A DNA stretch of 45,519 nt from Candidatus Dadabacteria bacterium (lineage in GTDB: Bacteria; Desulfobacterota_D; UBA1144; Nemesobacterales; CSP1-2). The first letter of the stretch is position 1; each line of letters begins with the position of its first letter. The translations under genes were made by a program, and so were the position numbers. The notes beneath the pieces were generated by a model. It did no database searches and had not been told where the DNA came from. It saw nothing but the letters and a program-made list of their open reading frames with translations. The DNA is taken from the NCBI GenBank assembly GCA_040289575.1, contig PSLL01000008.1, positions 64,299 through 109,817 of the forward strand, read 5' to 3'. Shown here in pieces: positions 26,840 through 40,351 of the stretch.

Positions 26840-26851
26840 TTTTAAACCTCG

Positions 26852-27103
26852 TCACTCAATTTTTATAACAAAATCCTCAATTACCGGATTCGCAAGGAGC
26901 TTTCTGCACATCTCCTGGACCCGCTCTTTTGCCTTCTCGGCGCTCTCATCTTTTATCTTCATCTCGATTAATTTCCCGATTCTGGTTTCTTGAACCTCAT
27001 TGTATCCGAGGTTATGGAGCGCCGTGAGAACCGTTTTCCCCTGTGGATCGAGGATTACAGGTTTGAGTTTTACTTCAACCTTGACTGTAAATTCTTTTGC
27101 CAT
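26852..27103 (-). CDS. purS: FGAM synthase subunit PurS
   Basis: LDPQG and LLANPVIED motifs; start taken at ATG 27103. Confidence 0.93.
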   Translation of the reverse strand: MAKEFTVKVEVKLKPVILDPQGKTVLTALHNLGYNEVQETRIGKLIEMKIKDESAEKAKERVQEMCRKLLANPVIEDFVIKIE

Positions 27104-27147
27104 CGTAATACCATTTTTGCCGCCATATGTGACATAATACCTTACAA

Positions 27148-28008
27148 TCACGCATCGTCATGCGCCTGAGCGTATTTGCCCTCCAGGATTTCTATGAGTC
27201 TTTCGAGTTCGTCTTTTGAATAATACTCGATCTCAATCTTTCCTTTCCCATTTTTATCTATGATTTTGACCTGAGTGCCGAGCGTTTTTTTGAGTTCGTC
27301 TGTAAGATGCTGTATATATGGGTCTACGTCATAGAGCCTAATTACCTGTTCTTTCTGCTCGGATAGCTTTTGAACGAGTTTTTCTGTTTTTCTTACGGAG
27401 AGTTTATCTCTTATTATGGATTCAAGAACCTCTTTTGACCGGCTGTAGGAGGGCAGGCTAAGGATTGCCCTTGCATGCCCCGCCGTGATTTCCCCTCTAA
27501 TCAGGGCCTGCTTGACCTCATCGGGGAGTTTAAGGAGTCTGAGTTGATTTGTTATTGTAGACCTTTCTTTTCCAATTCGCTTTGATATCTCATCGTGTGT
27601 AAGCCCAAAATCCTCTATGAGTTGCTCGTATGCGGTGGCTTCTTCTATAGGGTTTAGGTCTTCCCTCTGGAGGTTTTCAACGAGGGCGAGTTCAAGGGCT
27701 TCCCTATCGGATACATCTTTTATGATTACCGGGACCTTTGTAAGTCCGGCCCTTTGTGCCGCCCTCCATCTTCTTTCCCCGGCTATGATTTCATAACCGC
27801 TTTCGCTCTTTCTTACGACAAGAGGCTGTATGATTCCCTTTTCCTGTATTGATGCCGCAAGCTCTTCGATTCCTTCTTCATCAAAATCCTTTCTCGGCTG
27901 AAATGAATTTGGTCTCATCTCTTCAATGCCGAGGAGCATATAACCATATCCTGCCCTCTCTGTAGGGATAAGGGCATCAAGCCCTCTACCTAAGGTTACT
28001 TTTTTCAA
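27148..28008 (-). CDS. parB: Chromosome partitioning protein ParB
   Basis: LGRGLDALI, QPRK, IIAGERRWRA and ENLQREDL motifs. Confidence 0.96.
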   Translation of the reverse strand: MKKVTLGRGLDALIPTERAGYGYMLLGIEEMRPNSFQPRKDFDEEGIEELAASIQEKGIIQPLVVRKSESGYEIIAGERRWRAAQRAGLTKVPVIIKDVSDREALELALVENLQREDLNPIEEATAYEQLIEDFGLTHDEISKRIGKERSTITNQLRLLKLPDEVKQALIRGEITAGHARAILSLPSYSRSKEVLESIIRDKLSVRKTEKLVQKLSEQKEQVIRLYDVDPYIQHLTDELKKTLGTQVKIIDKNGKGKIEIEYYSKDELERLIEILEGKYAQAHDDA

Positions 28009-28792
28009 CCTCTTGACCTCCGTTTCTTAATATGATTTCTTGAGCAAGTGAAATATAGCTTCTTGCTCCAATTGATTTTGCGTCGTAGAGTATGACGGGT
28101 TTTCCGTGGCTTGGGGACTCAGCAAGCCTGACGTTTCTTGGAATTATTGTTTGAAAAACCTGGTCCTTAAAAAAGTCCTTTACTTCATTTGCTACCATGT
28201 GACAGAGTCTGTTTCTTGGATCGAATATTGTAAGCACATAGCCCTCGATTTCAAGATTGGGATTCAGCCTCTGTTTAATGAGAGCTAGAGTGCGTTTCAG
28301 TTGTCCAAGACCTTCCATTGCGTAGTATTCGCACTGAACGGGAATGAGAACGGAATGGGCGGCTGTAAGCGCATTTACTGTAAGAAGACTCAATGAAGGC
28401 GGACAGTCAATGATTATGAAATCGTATTCCTCTTCTATTGATCTGATTGCCTCCTTTAGCCTCCATTCCCTTCTTTCAAGATATATAAGTTCAATCTCTG
28501 CCCCTGTTAGATCCGGATTCGACGGTGAGACCCCGAGATAGCCCTTTAGGTCCTCAGGTTCTACTTCTACTATAGTCTCTCTTATGTCTACCTCGCCGAT
28601 TACGGCATGGTATATGCTTTTTTGTATATTTTCCTTATCTATCCCGACGCCGCTTGTAGCGTTGCCCTGGGGGTCAAAATCAATAAGAAGCGTCCTCCTC
28701 TGAGCTGCGGCAAGAGAGGCGGTGAGATTCACAACGGTTGTTGTCTTTCCGACGCCTCCCTTCTGATTGGCGACACAGATGACTTTTCCCAT
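27986..28792 (-). CDS. parA: ParA/Soj ATPase
   Basis: NQKGGVGKTTT, DPQGNA, DCPPSL and IPRNVRLAESPS motifs. Confidence 0.96.
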   Translation of the reverse strand: MGKVICVANQKGGVGKTTTVVNLTASLAAAQRRTLLIDFDPQGNATSGVGIDKENIQKSIYHAVIGEVDIRETIVEVEPEDLKGYLGVSPSNPDLTGAEIELIYLERREWRLKEAIRSIEEEYDFIIIDCPPSLSLLTVNALTAAHSVLIPVQCEYYAMEGLGQLKRTLALIKQRLNPNLEIEGYVLTIFDPRNRLCHMVANEVKDFFKDQVFQTIIPRNVRLAESPSHGKPVILYDAKSIGARSYISLAQEIILRNGGQEVEKSNLR

Positions 28793-28913
28793 TCTATTGA
28801 GCCTTTGGGTTTAGGATTTGGGCTAACTTCTCCCTGAGTTCTTATCCCGTTTATTATAATTAGAAAAAAAACAGAAAGCCAATTGTCAATAGTTTTTGAA
28901 ATTTTTGAAACTA

Positions 28914-28943
28914 TTGACAGGGTTTCATATAAAAATTTATAAT
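28914..28943 (+). promoter_or_regulatory. Consensus sigma70 promoter pointing toward prkA
   Basis: TTGACA (28914-28919), 18 bp, TATAAT (28938-28943). Confidence 0.65.
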
Positions 28944-29146
28944 TCTAAGGAGTCGAGAAATATATCCCTAAACGTTCTTTGTCAAGGAAGACGGCGGGGT
29001 AAGGTAGAAATATAAAAGTATTTAGAAACAAAAAAGAAAGATTAATAGTTTTTATTTTATATCTTGTGGTTTTTTAGAAGTAAGTTGAGTGAATTTTTGT
29101 TTATCTAATCTAAGCATACTCATTTACTAAGGAGGTATCTCCAAAG

Positions 29147-31213
29147 ATGAGAGAAGGAAGGGAGCTTTCATCTATAGTTAAAGAAATTTTGCATCCTGAG
29201 AAATTTCAGGAGCTTCACTGGGAGGGGAGTTTTGATGAATATCTTGACATTCTCTATAAAAATCCTAAGATTGCACGCACATCTTTTCAGAGGCTCTATG
29301 ACATGATCCTCTCCTACGGAGTAGAAGAGTACACGGAGTTTAAACAGAAGGTGATTCACTATAAGTTCTTTGACGATCCAATCTCGCATGGCAGAGATGC
29401 GATCTTTGGACTCGATAAGTATCTGATGAGGCTTGTTGATGTAATAAAGGCGGCCGCGCGCGGATACGGACCAGAAAGGAGAATCATACTTCTTCATGGT
29501 CCTGTAGGAAGTTCAAAGAGCACACTCGTGAGGCTCTTTAAAAGGGGGCTCGAAGAATACTCAAAGACCCCGGAGGGGGCGGTTTATTCCTTTTACTGGC
29601 AGATAGCCGACGCGGATGGTTCTATAGAAAAAATAGACTGCCCTATGCACGAAGACCCTCTAAGGCTCATTCCTGAGGAGGCGAGGGAAAGGATTTTTGT
29701 CGAGATAAATCGTGGAAGAAGCGAGGAGGAGTTCATAAGGGTAGAGGGAGAGTTCTGCCCCGTCTGCCGGTTCTATTACAACCAGCTTATGGAGAAGTAT
29801 CAGGGGAATTGGGAAAAGGTTATATCCAACGTAAGGGTAAAAAGGATTATCTTTTCGGAGAAGGACAGGCTGGGAATCGGAACATTTCAGCCCAAAGACG
29901 AAAAGAACCAGGATTCAACAGAGCTCACCGGGGACATTAATTATAGAAAAATCGCCATATATGGCTCTGATTCCGACCCCAGAGCGTTTAACTTCGATGG
30001 AGAGCTAAACGTGGCAAACCGCGGCATCGTTGAATTCATTGAGATTCTAAAGCTAGATGTTGCGTTTCTCTATGATCTCTTAGGAGCTACTCAAGAACAT
30101 AAGATTAAGCCAAAGAAGTTTGCCCAAGTAGACATAGATGAGGTGATAATCGGGCACACAAATGAGCCTGAGTACAAAAAACTCCTCAATAACGAGTATA
30201 TGGAGGCTCTAAGAGACCGGACTATAAAGATTGATGTCCCATATATAACAAGGCTCTCGGATGAGATAAGGATATATCAGAGGGATTTTAATTCAGAGAG
30301 GATTAAGGGAAAGCACATTGCTCCACATACACTTGAGATTGCCTCTATGTGGACTGTGCTTACGCGCCTTGAGGAGCCCAAAAAAGCCGGAATCACGCTC
30401 ATGCAGAAACTAAAGCTCTACGACGGCAAATTGATACCCGGCTTTACCGAAGACACCGTGCGGGAGCTGAAGAAGGAGTCTGAAAGGGAAGGGATGGAAG
30501 GAATATCGCCTAGATACATTCAGGACAAGATCTCAAATGCCCTTGTAAGTGATGTGAGCAGGAGGTGCGTAAATCCCTTTATGGTTATGAGTGAGATCGA
30601 AAGCGGACTTACTCATCACTCCCTCATCTCAAGCGAGACTCAGAGGAGGAGATACAAAGAGCTCCTTACACTTGTGAGGCAGGAGTATGAGGAGATCATC
30701 AAAAACGAGGTCCAGCGCGCCATTGCTGCCGATGAAGAGGCGATTGCAAGGCTCTGTGCAAACTACATTGACAGCGTAAAGGCCTATATAAGAAAAGAGA
30801 AGATAAGGAATCCATTTACGGGCGAGGATGAAGAACCCGATGAGCGGCTCATGCGTTCAATTGAAGAGAAGACCGACATTCCTGAATCGAGAAAGGATGA
30901 TTTCAGACGTGAGATAATGAACTACATAGCCGCTCTTGCCCTTGAGGGCAAGAGGTTTGATTACAAATCCAACGAGAGGCTAAGGCGCGCCCTCGAACTC
31001 AAGCTCTTTGAGGATCAGAAGGACTCGATTAAGCTCACGAGCCTTGTGACCAACGTTATTGATAAAGCGACACAGGAGAAGATTGAAATTGTAAAGAGCC
31101 GACTGATTAGGGATTATGGGTATTGTGAGTCCTGCTCAGGGGATGTTCTCACATATGTGGCAAGCATATTTGCAAGGGGTGACATAAAAGAGCATAGAGA
31201 ACATAAAAGATAA
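29147..31213 (+). CDS. prkA: PrkA/YeaG family AAA+ serine protein kinase
   Basis: [29 protein letters not shown] and EGISPR motifs. Confidence 0.95.
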   Translation: MREGRELSSIVKEILHPEKFQELHWEGSFDEYLDILYKNPKIARTSFQRLYDMILSYGVEEYTEFKQKVIHYKFFDDPISHGRDAIFGLDKYLMRLVDVIKAAARGYGPERRIILLHGPVGSSKSTLVRLFKRGLEEYSKTPEGAVYSFYWQIADADGSIEKIDCPMHEDPLRLIPEEARERIFVEINRGRSEEEFIRVEGEFCPVCRFYYNQLMEKYQGNWEKVISNVRVKRIIFSEKDRLGIGTFQPKDEKNQDSTELTGDINYRKIAIYGSDSDPRAFNFDGELNVANRGIVEFIEILKLDVAFLYDLLGATQEHKIKPKKFAQVDIDEVIIGHTNEPEYKKLLNNEYMEALRDRTIKIDVPYITRLSDEIRIYQRDFNSERIKGKHIAPHTLEIASMWTVLTRLEEPKKAGITLMQKLKLYDGKLIPGFTEDTVRELKKESEREGMEGISPRYIQDKISNALVSDVSRRCVNPFMVMSEIESGLTHHSLISSETQRRRYKELLTLVRQEYEEIIKNEVQRAIAADEEAIARLCANYIDSVKAYIRKEKIRNPFTGEDEEPDERLMRSIEEKTDIPESRKDDFRREIMNYIAALALEGKRFDYKSNERLRRALELKLFEDQKDSIKLTSLVTNVIDKATQEKIEIVKSRLIRDYGYCESCSGDVLTYVASIFARGDIKEHREHKR

Positions 31214-31290
31214 TCATTAGTCTAACATGGTTGAAAGTTAGTGCTTGAAGCCTCTTAACTATCGGCTAATGACTATTAACTTTCAGCTAA
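31214..31290. repeat. Heptamer-repeat hairpin
   Basis: TAACTAT/CGGCTAA/TGACTAT/TAACTTT/CAGCTAA; TGAAAGTTAGTG can pair with TATTAACTTTCA. Confidence 0.55.
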
Positions 31291-31304
31291 TTTAGGAGGC
31301 GAAC

Positions 31305-32408
31305 GTGGCTCTTAAGATCGAACAGGATTGGGGAAGATTTAGAGAAATAGTAAGAGGAAAGGTCAAACAGAATTTGAGAAAATACATAGTCCATTCGGAA
31401 TTAATCGGAAAGAAGGGAAAAGACCTTGTGAGCATTCCAGTGCCCCAGGTAGAGATCCCCCACTTTGTGCATTCCCCTGAAAAATCTGGGGGTGTAGGGC
31501 AGGGACAAGGCGAGGTGGGGACACCCATCGGCATAGGCGAGGGCGACGGAGATGGGCATGCGGGCAATCAGCCGGGACAGCACATACTCGAGGTTGAGCT
31601 TACCCTTGAGGAGCTTGCCCAGATTTTAGGAGAAGAGCTTGAACTTCCAAATATAGAGCCGAAGGGTAAAAAAAACATAAAATCTTTTTCAGGGAGATAC
31701 ACGGGAGTTCATACAGCCGGTCCCGAATCGCTGAGGCACGCAAGACGCACATTCAGAGAGGCGCTCAAGCGTCAGATTACCTCGGGTTCTTACGATCCCA
31801 TAAATCCTGTAATTATCCCGATTACAGAGGATAAGCGATACAAATTAAGGGAGACTGTTGAAGAGCCGGCATACAACGCGGTCGTCATCTATATGATGGA
31901 CATAAGCGGCTCTATGGGCTCCGAGCAGAAGGAGATCGTGAGAGTAGAATCTTTCTGGATTGACACTTGGCTTCGATATCAATATAGAGACATCGAGACC
32001 AAGTACATCGTCCACGATGCCGTAGCACGCGAGGTTGATCGCGACATATTTTTCCGAGTAAGAGAAAGTGGAGGTACTATAATTTCTTCTGCATACAAGC
32101 TCTGCCGGAAGATGATAGAGGAACGTTATCCGCCGGATGAGTGGAACATATACGCTTTTCATTTCTCAGATGGGGATAACTGGTCTCGTGATGATACTCA
32201 TGAGTGTATCGAGATACTGGAGGAGGATCTCCTTCCAAAGGTCAATCTCTTCTGTTACGGACAGGTTGAAAGCCCTTATGGGAGCGGCCAGTTCTTCTAT
32301 GATTTAGAAGATCATCTAAAGGATAAGGATAATCTCGTACTCTCTAAAATTGCGAACAAGGATGCCGTATACGATTCGATAAAACAGTTTCTTGGGAGGG
32401 GCGGATGA
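31305..32408 (+). CDS. yeaH: YeaH/YhbH (DUF444) vWA-like protein
   Basis: Gly-rich linker, [12 protein letters not shown] and FSDGDNW motifs. Confidence 0.93.
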   Translation: MALKIEQDWGRFREIVRGKVKQNLRKYIVHSELIGKKGKDLVSIPVPQVEIPHFVHSPEKSGGVGQGQGEVGTPIGIGEGDGDGHAGNQPGQHILEVELTLEELAQILGEELELPNIEPKGKKNIKSFSGRYTGVHTAGPESLRHARRTFREALKRQITSGSYDPINPVIIPITEDKRYKLRETVEEPAYNAVVIYMMDISGSMGSEQKEIVRVESFWIDTWLRYQYRDIETKYIVHDAVAREVDRDIFFRVRESGGTIISSAYKLCRKMIEERYPPDEWNIYAFHFSDGDNWSRDDTHECIEILEEDLLPKVNLFCYGQVESPYGSGQFFYDLEDHLKDKDNLVLSKIANKDAVYDSIKQFLGRGG

Positions 32409-33907
32409 TTTCTTCTGAACTCCAAAAATGTAGAGAAGAGATTGAGATTCACGCACGCGAGTACGGACTAGATTTCTTTGATGTCATATTTGAGGTGATT
32501 GATTTTGAAGAGATGAATATGCTTGCCTCTTATGGCGGGTTTCCCGTGAGATACCCGCACTGGCGATTTGGGATGGAATATGAAAGGATTTCAAAAAGCT
32601 ACACATACGGTCTTCATAAAATCTACGAGATGGTAATAAATAATAATCCGTCTTACGCCTATCTCCTCAAAGGCAATACGGTCATTGATCAGAAGCTCGT
32701 CATTGCGCATGTCTACGGGCACTCCGACTTTTTTAAGAACAACTTCTGGTTTTCTGAAACCAATAGGAAGATGCTTGATGAGATGGCAAACCACGCCATA
32801 AGAATCCGACGGTACATTGATAAATATGGGTATGAAGAGGTTGAGAGTTTTATAGACACCTGCCTTTCAATCGAGGACCTTATTGACATTCATTCGCCTT
32901 TTATAAAGCGTCAGTTCGACAAGAAGAGTTTTCTTGAAGCGGACGAAGGCGGGAGAAAGCCGATATCAAAGCTCAGAAGCCCGAGCGAGTATTTAGAAGA
33001 CTACATAAATCCGCCGGATTTTATAGAGTGGCAGAGAAAGAAGGTAGAGGATGAAAAAATCAAGAAGAAAAAGTTCCCTGAATTTCCTGAGCGAGATGTG
33101 CTCCTATTTCTGTTGGAGAATGCTCAGATTGAGGAATGGCAAAAGGACATCCTCTCTATAATTCGGGAAGAGAGCTATTACTACGCCCCACAGATACAGA
33201 CAAAGATTATGAATGAGGGATGGGCTGCCTACTGGCATTCAAAGATTTTAACCGAAAAGATTGTCACGGATAAGGAGATCATAGATTATGCAGACCATCA
33301 CGCGGGAACGCTCTCTACGAGACCAGGCGTTCTTAATCCATACAAACTGGGGATGGAACTTTTTAGAGACATAGAAGACAGGTGGAATAAAGGGAAATTC
33401 GGAAAAGAGTATGAAGAATGCGATGACATTGAAGCAAAGAGAAACTGGGATAGGAATTTGGGGCTTGGGAGAGAGAAGATTTTTGAGGTAAGAAGGCTCT
33501 ACAATGATGTGACTTTTATTGATGAATTTCTCACTGAGGATTTCTGTAGGGAGCACGGGCTTTTTACTTATGCGTATAACCGCTCTACTGGCATGTATGA
33601 AATTGAAAGCCGTGATTTTAAAAGGATTAAAGAAAAACTCCTTTTTATGCTTACAAATTGTACAAGGCCGATTATCGAGGTTGTAGAGGGGAATTATATG
33701 AACAGGGGTGAGCTTTATATTGTTCACAGGCACGAAGGAGTAGATCTAAAACTCGACTGGGCAAAGGACGTGCTCAAACAAATATTTAAAATCTGGAAGC
33801 GACCTGTTCACCTTGAGACTGTAGTAGATGGAAAGCTGAGGGTATTTACGGCCGAGGGCGGAAAAAAGGGGAAAGAGGTTGAGGTCGAGTCCTTTTTAGT
33901 GAGATAG
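32405..33907 (+). CDS. spoVR: SpoVR/YcgB family protein
   Basis: [27 protein letters not shown] and NPYKLG motifs. Confidence 0.94.
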   Translation: MISSELQKCREEIEIHAREYGLDFFDVIFEVIDFEEMNMLASYGGFPVRYPHWRFGMEYERISKSYTYGLHKIYEMVINNNPSYAYLLKGNTVIDQKLVIAHVYGHSDFFKNNFWFSETNRKMLDEMANHAIRIRRYIDKYGYEEVESFIDTCLSIEDLIDIHSPFIKRQFDKKSFLEADEGGRKPISKLRSPSEYLEDYINPPDFIEWQRKKVEDEKIKKKKFPEFPERDVLLFLLENAQIEEWQKDILSIIREESYYYAPQIQTKIMNEGWAAYWHSKILTEKIVTDKEIIDYADHHAGTLSTRPGVLNPYKLGMELFRDIEDRWNKGKFGKEYEECDDIEAKRNWDRNLGLGREKIFEVRRLYNDVTFIDEFLTEDFCREHGLFTYAYNRSTGMYEIESRDFKRIKEKLLFMLTNCTRPIIEVVEGNYMNRGELYIVHRHEGVDLKLDWAKDVLKQIFKIWKRPVHLETVVDGKLRVFTAEGGKKGKEVEVESFLVR

Positions 33908-33909
33908 AT

Positions 33910-34779
33910 TTATTCAATATTTTGTACCTGCTCTCTCATCTTCTCCATTTCGGAGCGGAGTTCCAGTATAAGGTGCGAAACCTCGGCGTCTTTTGATTTT
34001 GCAGATATTGTGCCTGATTCTCGATTCATCTCTTGAAGAAGGAAATCAAGCTCCCTACCAATTGAGCCGCCCTTGTTCATTGTGTCTTTAAACTTATTTA
34101 CGTGTGCTTTGAGTCTTACAATCTCTTCAGTGATGTCGCTTCTTTCGGCTAAAAGTGCTGCCTCTTGATAAAGCCTCGTCTCATCAATCTGTATGTCCTC
34201 TAATATTTCTTTCATGCGCTCCCTTAATTTTGCTAAAAAGCATCTGATGAGGTCTTCTCTTTTGGACTCAATTCTCCCAATCAGATTCTCAACCTTTTTT
34301 ATTCTGAATCTTAAATCCTCCTCTAGTTTTTTCCCCTCTGATTTCCTCATCTCATCCAGATTCCTTATAGCTTCTTCCATGGCTTCTTCTATCCTTGGAT
34401 AATGTTCTTTGCTGAGTTTAGATTTCTCTTCGGAGGAGAAAAGCTCTTTTATCATTAAAATATGCTCAAGCCTTGTTTTCTCTTTTATGCCTAGTTCCTT
34501 TTTTAATTCTTCGAGTGCCTTGTGAGATTCTTTTGCAAACTCGATGTCTATGGTAGACGGCTTATTCTTTAACCCTTCTGCCGCAATTGTGATTCTCACT
34601 TTTCCCCGTAGTATGACCTTCTTTGCAATCTGCAAAAGGACCGCTTCAACTGCGAATACCGTCTCCGGGAGTTGAAAGTTAATATCAAGGAACCTGTGGT
34701 TTTCGGCTCTTGCTTCGACCACGACTTTCCCTATATTAGTTTCTGCCTCGCCCCTTCCAAATCCCGTCATACTTTTCAT
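33910..34779 (-). CDS. yicC: YicC/YloC family endoribonuclease
   Basis: SMTGFG, NHRFLD, DITEEIVRL, LDFLLQEMNRE and REQVQNIE motifs. Confidence 0.94.
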   Translation of the reverse strand: MKSMTGFGRGEAETNIGKVVVEARAENHRFLDINFQLPETVFAVEAVLLQIAKKVILRGKVRITIAAEGLKNKPSTIDIEFAKESHKALEELKKELGIKEKTRLEHILMIKELFSSEEKSKLSKEHYPRIEEAMEEAIRNLDEMRKSEGKKLEEDLRFRIKKVENLIGRIESKREDLIRCFLAKLRERMKEILEDIQIDETRLYQEAALLAERSDITEEIVRLKAHVNKFKDTMNKGGSIGRELDFLLQEMNRESGTISAKSKDAEVSHLILELRSEMEKMREQVQNIE

Positions 34780-35312
34780 GTATTTACTTCCTTTTCTAGA
34801 TCGATGATGTATTTTTCTCTAATCTTCTTAAATAGTCTTCTCATTTCTTCAGTCCTATAATCTGGATATGTCCATTCAAGGGTATGGAATTCCTTATTTT
34901 TGTATACAAGTGTCAGGTCTGCATAAACTCCTCGTCCTAGATAGGGACGATGATAGTATCCCTTTCCGCTAGAGAGAATCAAGTGTTCAAGGGCAATGTA
35001 TCCGGGGTCTATATTTATTCTTCTCTTACCTCCGATAGCAAAAATTTTCTCAACTTGATTTGTAAATATTTTTACATTTACCAACTCATCCCTTTTTATG
35101 AGTTTTCGGAAGCTGATGATTTTTCTTGAGAGTTTATTCCCCATTTCCTCTTCATAGTAGGAGGTGAAGTTGAATGGGAACTCTTCGCTCATAAAATCTA
35201 TCTCTCCGAGTGTCTCGACGAGTTTTTGGATGCACTCGTCAAATGGAGCATTTTCGCTGTATATAAGCCCTATAAAGAGCTTTACTGGTCTTGGCTCAAG
35301 AAGCTCGCTCAT
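34776..35312 (-). CDS. DUF4416 family protein
   Basis: YYEEEMG, RRINIDPGY and WTYPDY motifs. Confidence 0.85.
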   Translation of the reverse strand: MSELLEPRPVKLFIGLIYSENAPFDECIQKLVETLGEIDFMSEEFPFNFTSYYEEEMGNKLSRKIISFRKLIKRDELVNVKIFTNQVEKIFAIGGKRRINIDPGYIALEHLILSSGKGYYHRPYLGRGVYADLTLVYKNKEFHTLEWTYPDYRTEEMRRLFKKIREKYIIDLEKEVNT

Positions 35313-35423
35313 TCTCTAATAAGAATCGGTAGAAAGGGGGATTTGTCAAGCGAACTCTCGGCCCATTGAGAAAACAGAAAATTCCTTCATAATTTTTGGA
35401 AACTCCATTAGGAGCAAACTCAA

Positions 35424-35945
35424 TTGAAAATCGTCGTATGTGTTAAACAGGTCCTGGAAGTGAGTGAGATAAAATTCAATCCAGAGACCAAAACTATAGT
35501 AAGAGAGGATGTTCCGGGCACGGTAAATCCATTTGATAGGCGTGCCGTGACTGAGGCTTTAAGGATTAAAGAGAAACTTGGCGGAGTGGTAACTGTAATG
35601 ACAATGGGACCGCGTTAGACAAGGGAGGCACCGGTTTGAGTGCCTCGCTATGAGGGCGGATAAAGGGGTGCATCTGGTAGATGGTGCCTTTGCGGGCGCA
35701 GATACACTGGCAACAGGGTGCACCCCTTTCTGCTCCTCTAAATATAGGGGGCTTTGACCTAATTCTCTGCGGCAGATACAGCACCAATTCGGAAACGGGT
35801 CAGGTGGGACCTGAGGTCGTGGAGATTCTTGGAATTTCGCATGTAACAGGTGTAATGAAGAGTAGAATTCATTGATAATAGAATATTGTTGAGAGAGAAG
35901 CGACGAAGGGTATGAGGTTATTGAATGTGAAACCCCAATGTTATC
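35424..35945 (+). pseudogene. etfB: Decayed electron transfer flavoprotein beta subunit
   Basis: MKIVVCVKQV...NPFD...TMGP, then out-of-frame AMRADKGVHL..FAGADTLAT, DLILCG...ETGQVGP and EGYEVIE. Several frameshifts and stops; no etfA follows. Confidence 0.85.
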
Positions 35946-36106
35946 CCCGCTATTGTAGAATCATTCAGAAGGGCTAAATGGATAATAAAAAATAGAAGAT
36001 AAGGTTGGTTTAGAGCAAAACTTAATATCATTTTTAACTATATTGATATAGAATTTGAGCAATTATATTTATTATCTTAACTATTAACTTTAATTACTTA
36101 TAGTTA

Positions 36107-36526
36107 TTATGATTTTTCCTTAGATTGCGCGGCAATGGATATGTGTTCGGCCCCTGCCTCCTTTGCCATAGATAAAATCCTCACCGTCTCACCCAAAAGG
36201 GCATCCTTATCTCCCTCTAAGATTACAGACTTTTCGGTGCCTTGTGATAATGCCTTCTTTAACTCCTCTTTAAACCTGTTTTCCGAGACCCTCACCTGGT
36301 TTATATAAATCTCATGATTTGTTGTAAGTGTAATCACCACACTCCTCGATGTAGTCTCTGTCTTTGATACCTTGGGCAGGTTTACCTTAGCCCCAGACTC
36401 AATAAGAGCGGAGCTCGTTATCATAAATATGATAAGCAGAACCAAAAATATATCTGTCAGCGGCGTGATGTTTATCTCTGCAACTATCTCTTCATCCGAG
36501 CTTCCGTCCAGCTTCCCTATTGCCAT
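36107..36526 (-). CDS. exbD: ExbD/TolR biopolymer transporter
   Basis: EINITPLTDIFLVLLIIFM motif. Confidence 0.92.
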   Translation of the reverse strand: MAIGKLDGSSDEEIVAEINITPLTDIFLVLLIIFMITSSALIESGAKVNLPKVSKTETTSRSVVITLTTNHEIYINQVRVSENRFKEELKKALSQGTEKSVILEGDKDALLGETVRILSMAKEAGAEHISIAAQSKEKS

Positions 36527-37157
36527 TTGCTCTCCTCCCTTCTTTATACGCCTCTAGAAACTTCACAGAATTAATTTTTACCACTGTGTTTATCCTTGCG
36601 ATCTTAGTCTGAAAATAGTTATATGCAATCACAGCCACTATTGCCACCACAAGCCCCATTGCAGTAGCAATAAGGGCTTCAGAGATACCGCCTGCAACCA
36701 CAGAAAAACCCCCTGTCCCCATCTGTGCCATGTTGTGAAATGACTTTATTATCCCCACCACTGTCCCAAACAACCCTATAAATGGAGCACTACTGCCGAT
36801 TGTTCCCAAAATCCAGATGTTTTGTTTGAGTTCTTGAATCTCTTCAAACTTCTTCTCCTCTAATTGGTCTGAGATCTGTCTGAGTGTCTTGTCTTTCCCG
36901 GATGATAATAAGAAATAGTATATGCTTGCCAGAAGACTCTTTTTATACTTACTGCATATAAAAAGGGCGGAATCGAAATCCCCTTGGGATACTAAAGGGA
37001 CAACTAGATTTGTAACCCTTTGGGTAGAGGGGACTACACCCCTTAGGGCAAAGAGCCTCTCAGATATGACCGCTACAATTATAATTGAGCAGAGAATCAG
37101 TGGATATGTGGCAATCCCGCCCTGCTCTATCAATTTTAATAAATTCAAACCTTCCAT
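36492..37157 (-). CDS. exbB: ExbB/TolQ/MotA proton channel
   Basis: APFIGLFGTVVGI and GISEALIATAMGL motifs. Confidence 0.92.
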   Translation of the reverse strand: MEGLNLLKLIEQGGIATYPLILCSIIIVAVISERLFALRGVVPSTQRVTNLVVPLVSQGDFDSALFICSKYKKSLLASIYYFLLSSGKDKTLRQISDQLEEKKFEEIQELKQNIWILGTIGSSAPFIGLFGTVVGIIKSFHNMAQMGTGGFSVVAGGISEALIATAMGLVVAIVAVIAYNYFQTKIARINTVVKINSVKFLEAYKEGRRANGNREAGRKLG

Positions 37158-37443
37158 ACCTTCAGTGTCCTCCTAAAATCTAATATGATTAACTTAATAA
37201 AATGACCTTAATCATTGCTCTCCGAATTAGTACATAATTATATCCGATACCGTCCTTCTATAAAAATGTCACTTAAGTTATTTATATAAGTAAACCATTT
37301 TGTTTCCTTTTATTTCTTCCCCATTTACTTTGCGGAGAGATAACGCGACTCGAAATAATATATTTGTTCTAGCCACACGCTATCTATTGAACTGTTTTCT
37401 TGAAATTCATACTTTTAACGCTTATTCTATTTGCTGAGTATTT

Positions 37444-37466
37444 TAGAGGCGGGTTTCCAACCTGCT
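37444..37466. repeat. Degenerate GTAG-type REP
   Basis: TAGAGGCGGGTTTCCAACCTGCT resembles the copy at 43503-43530. Confidence 0.45.
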
Positions 37467-37505
37467 TGAGAAATGAAGGCAAAAATCAAGGAGTAACAAA
37501 CCGTA

Positions 37506-37991
37506 GTGAGGATCATTGCGCTTTTGGTTGGTTTATTGTGCCTTTCTGCATGCGTTAGTGTTTCTACGTCACCTGTGTCTTCTGTAAAGCACACTGAGAA
37601 ACTGCCTGATACCTCTCCTGCTCAGGTTGTAAGCGATTATCTTGAGGCTCTAAAGAATAGAGATTTTGGAAAAACCTATGATTTTATCTCCAGCGGATAT
37701 GCGGCTAATCTCGATAGGAAAAGCTACGAAATAAATATTAAGCAAGACCTTGATAAATACCATTGGACTTTATTGGGCTATCAGGTCTTGGGGGTTCAGA
37801 TACTCGGGGACCAGGCTTTTGTCCTTACCGAACTTGAGGTGCGATTTAAGCCTACTAATTTAGAGAAAGAAACTCAGAAGAAGTTAAGGGTTCAATACGG
37901 GCTTACTGCATTGGAGAAAAAATGGAAGATATCACAGTCCAATTGTATCCTCAACTGTGTATCGGCAGAAGATTTTGCCGGGTCTGGATAA
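37506..37991 (+). CDS. Hypothetical lipoprotein (NTF2-like fold possible)
   Basis: Lipobox LSAC; P-x2-VV-x2-YL-x-AL-x3-DF-x3-Y helix and a C-terminal WKI; AAGGAG RBS. Confidence 0.7.
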   Translation: MRIIALLVGLLCLSACVSVSTSPVSSVKHTEKLPDTSPAQVVSDYLEALKNRDFGKTYDFISSGYAANLDRKSYEINIKQDLDKYHWTLLGYQVLGVQILGDQAFVLTELEVRFKPTNLEKETQKKLRVQYGLTALEKKWKISQSNCILNCVSAEDFAGSG

Positions 37992-38004
37992 AAAAGATTA
38001 GAGA

Positions 38005-40347
<2,343 letters not shown>

Positions 40348-40351
<4 letters not shown>

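Noticed and set aside
32391..32408. YeaH C-terminal Gly-Gly as the missing MoeB/Mec substrate
   Set aside because: It is not a beta-grasp protein and lies 17 kb away, so the match is likely coincidental.
37160..37440. Cobalamin riboswitch or Fur box upstream of exbBD
   Set aside because: No B12-box seen. AATGA-N6-TCATT is only a weak dyad in AT-rich DNA.
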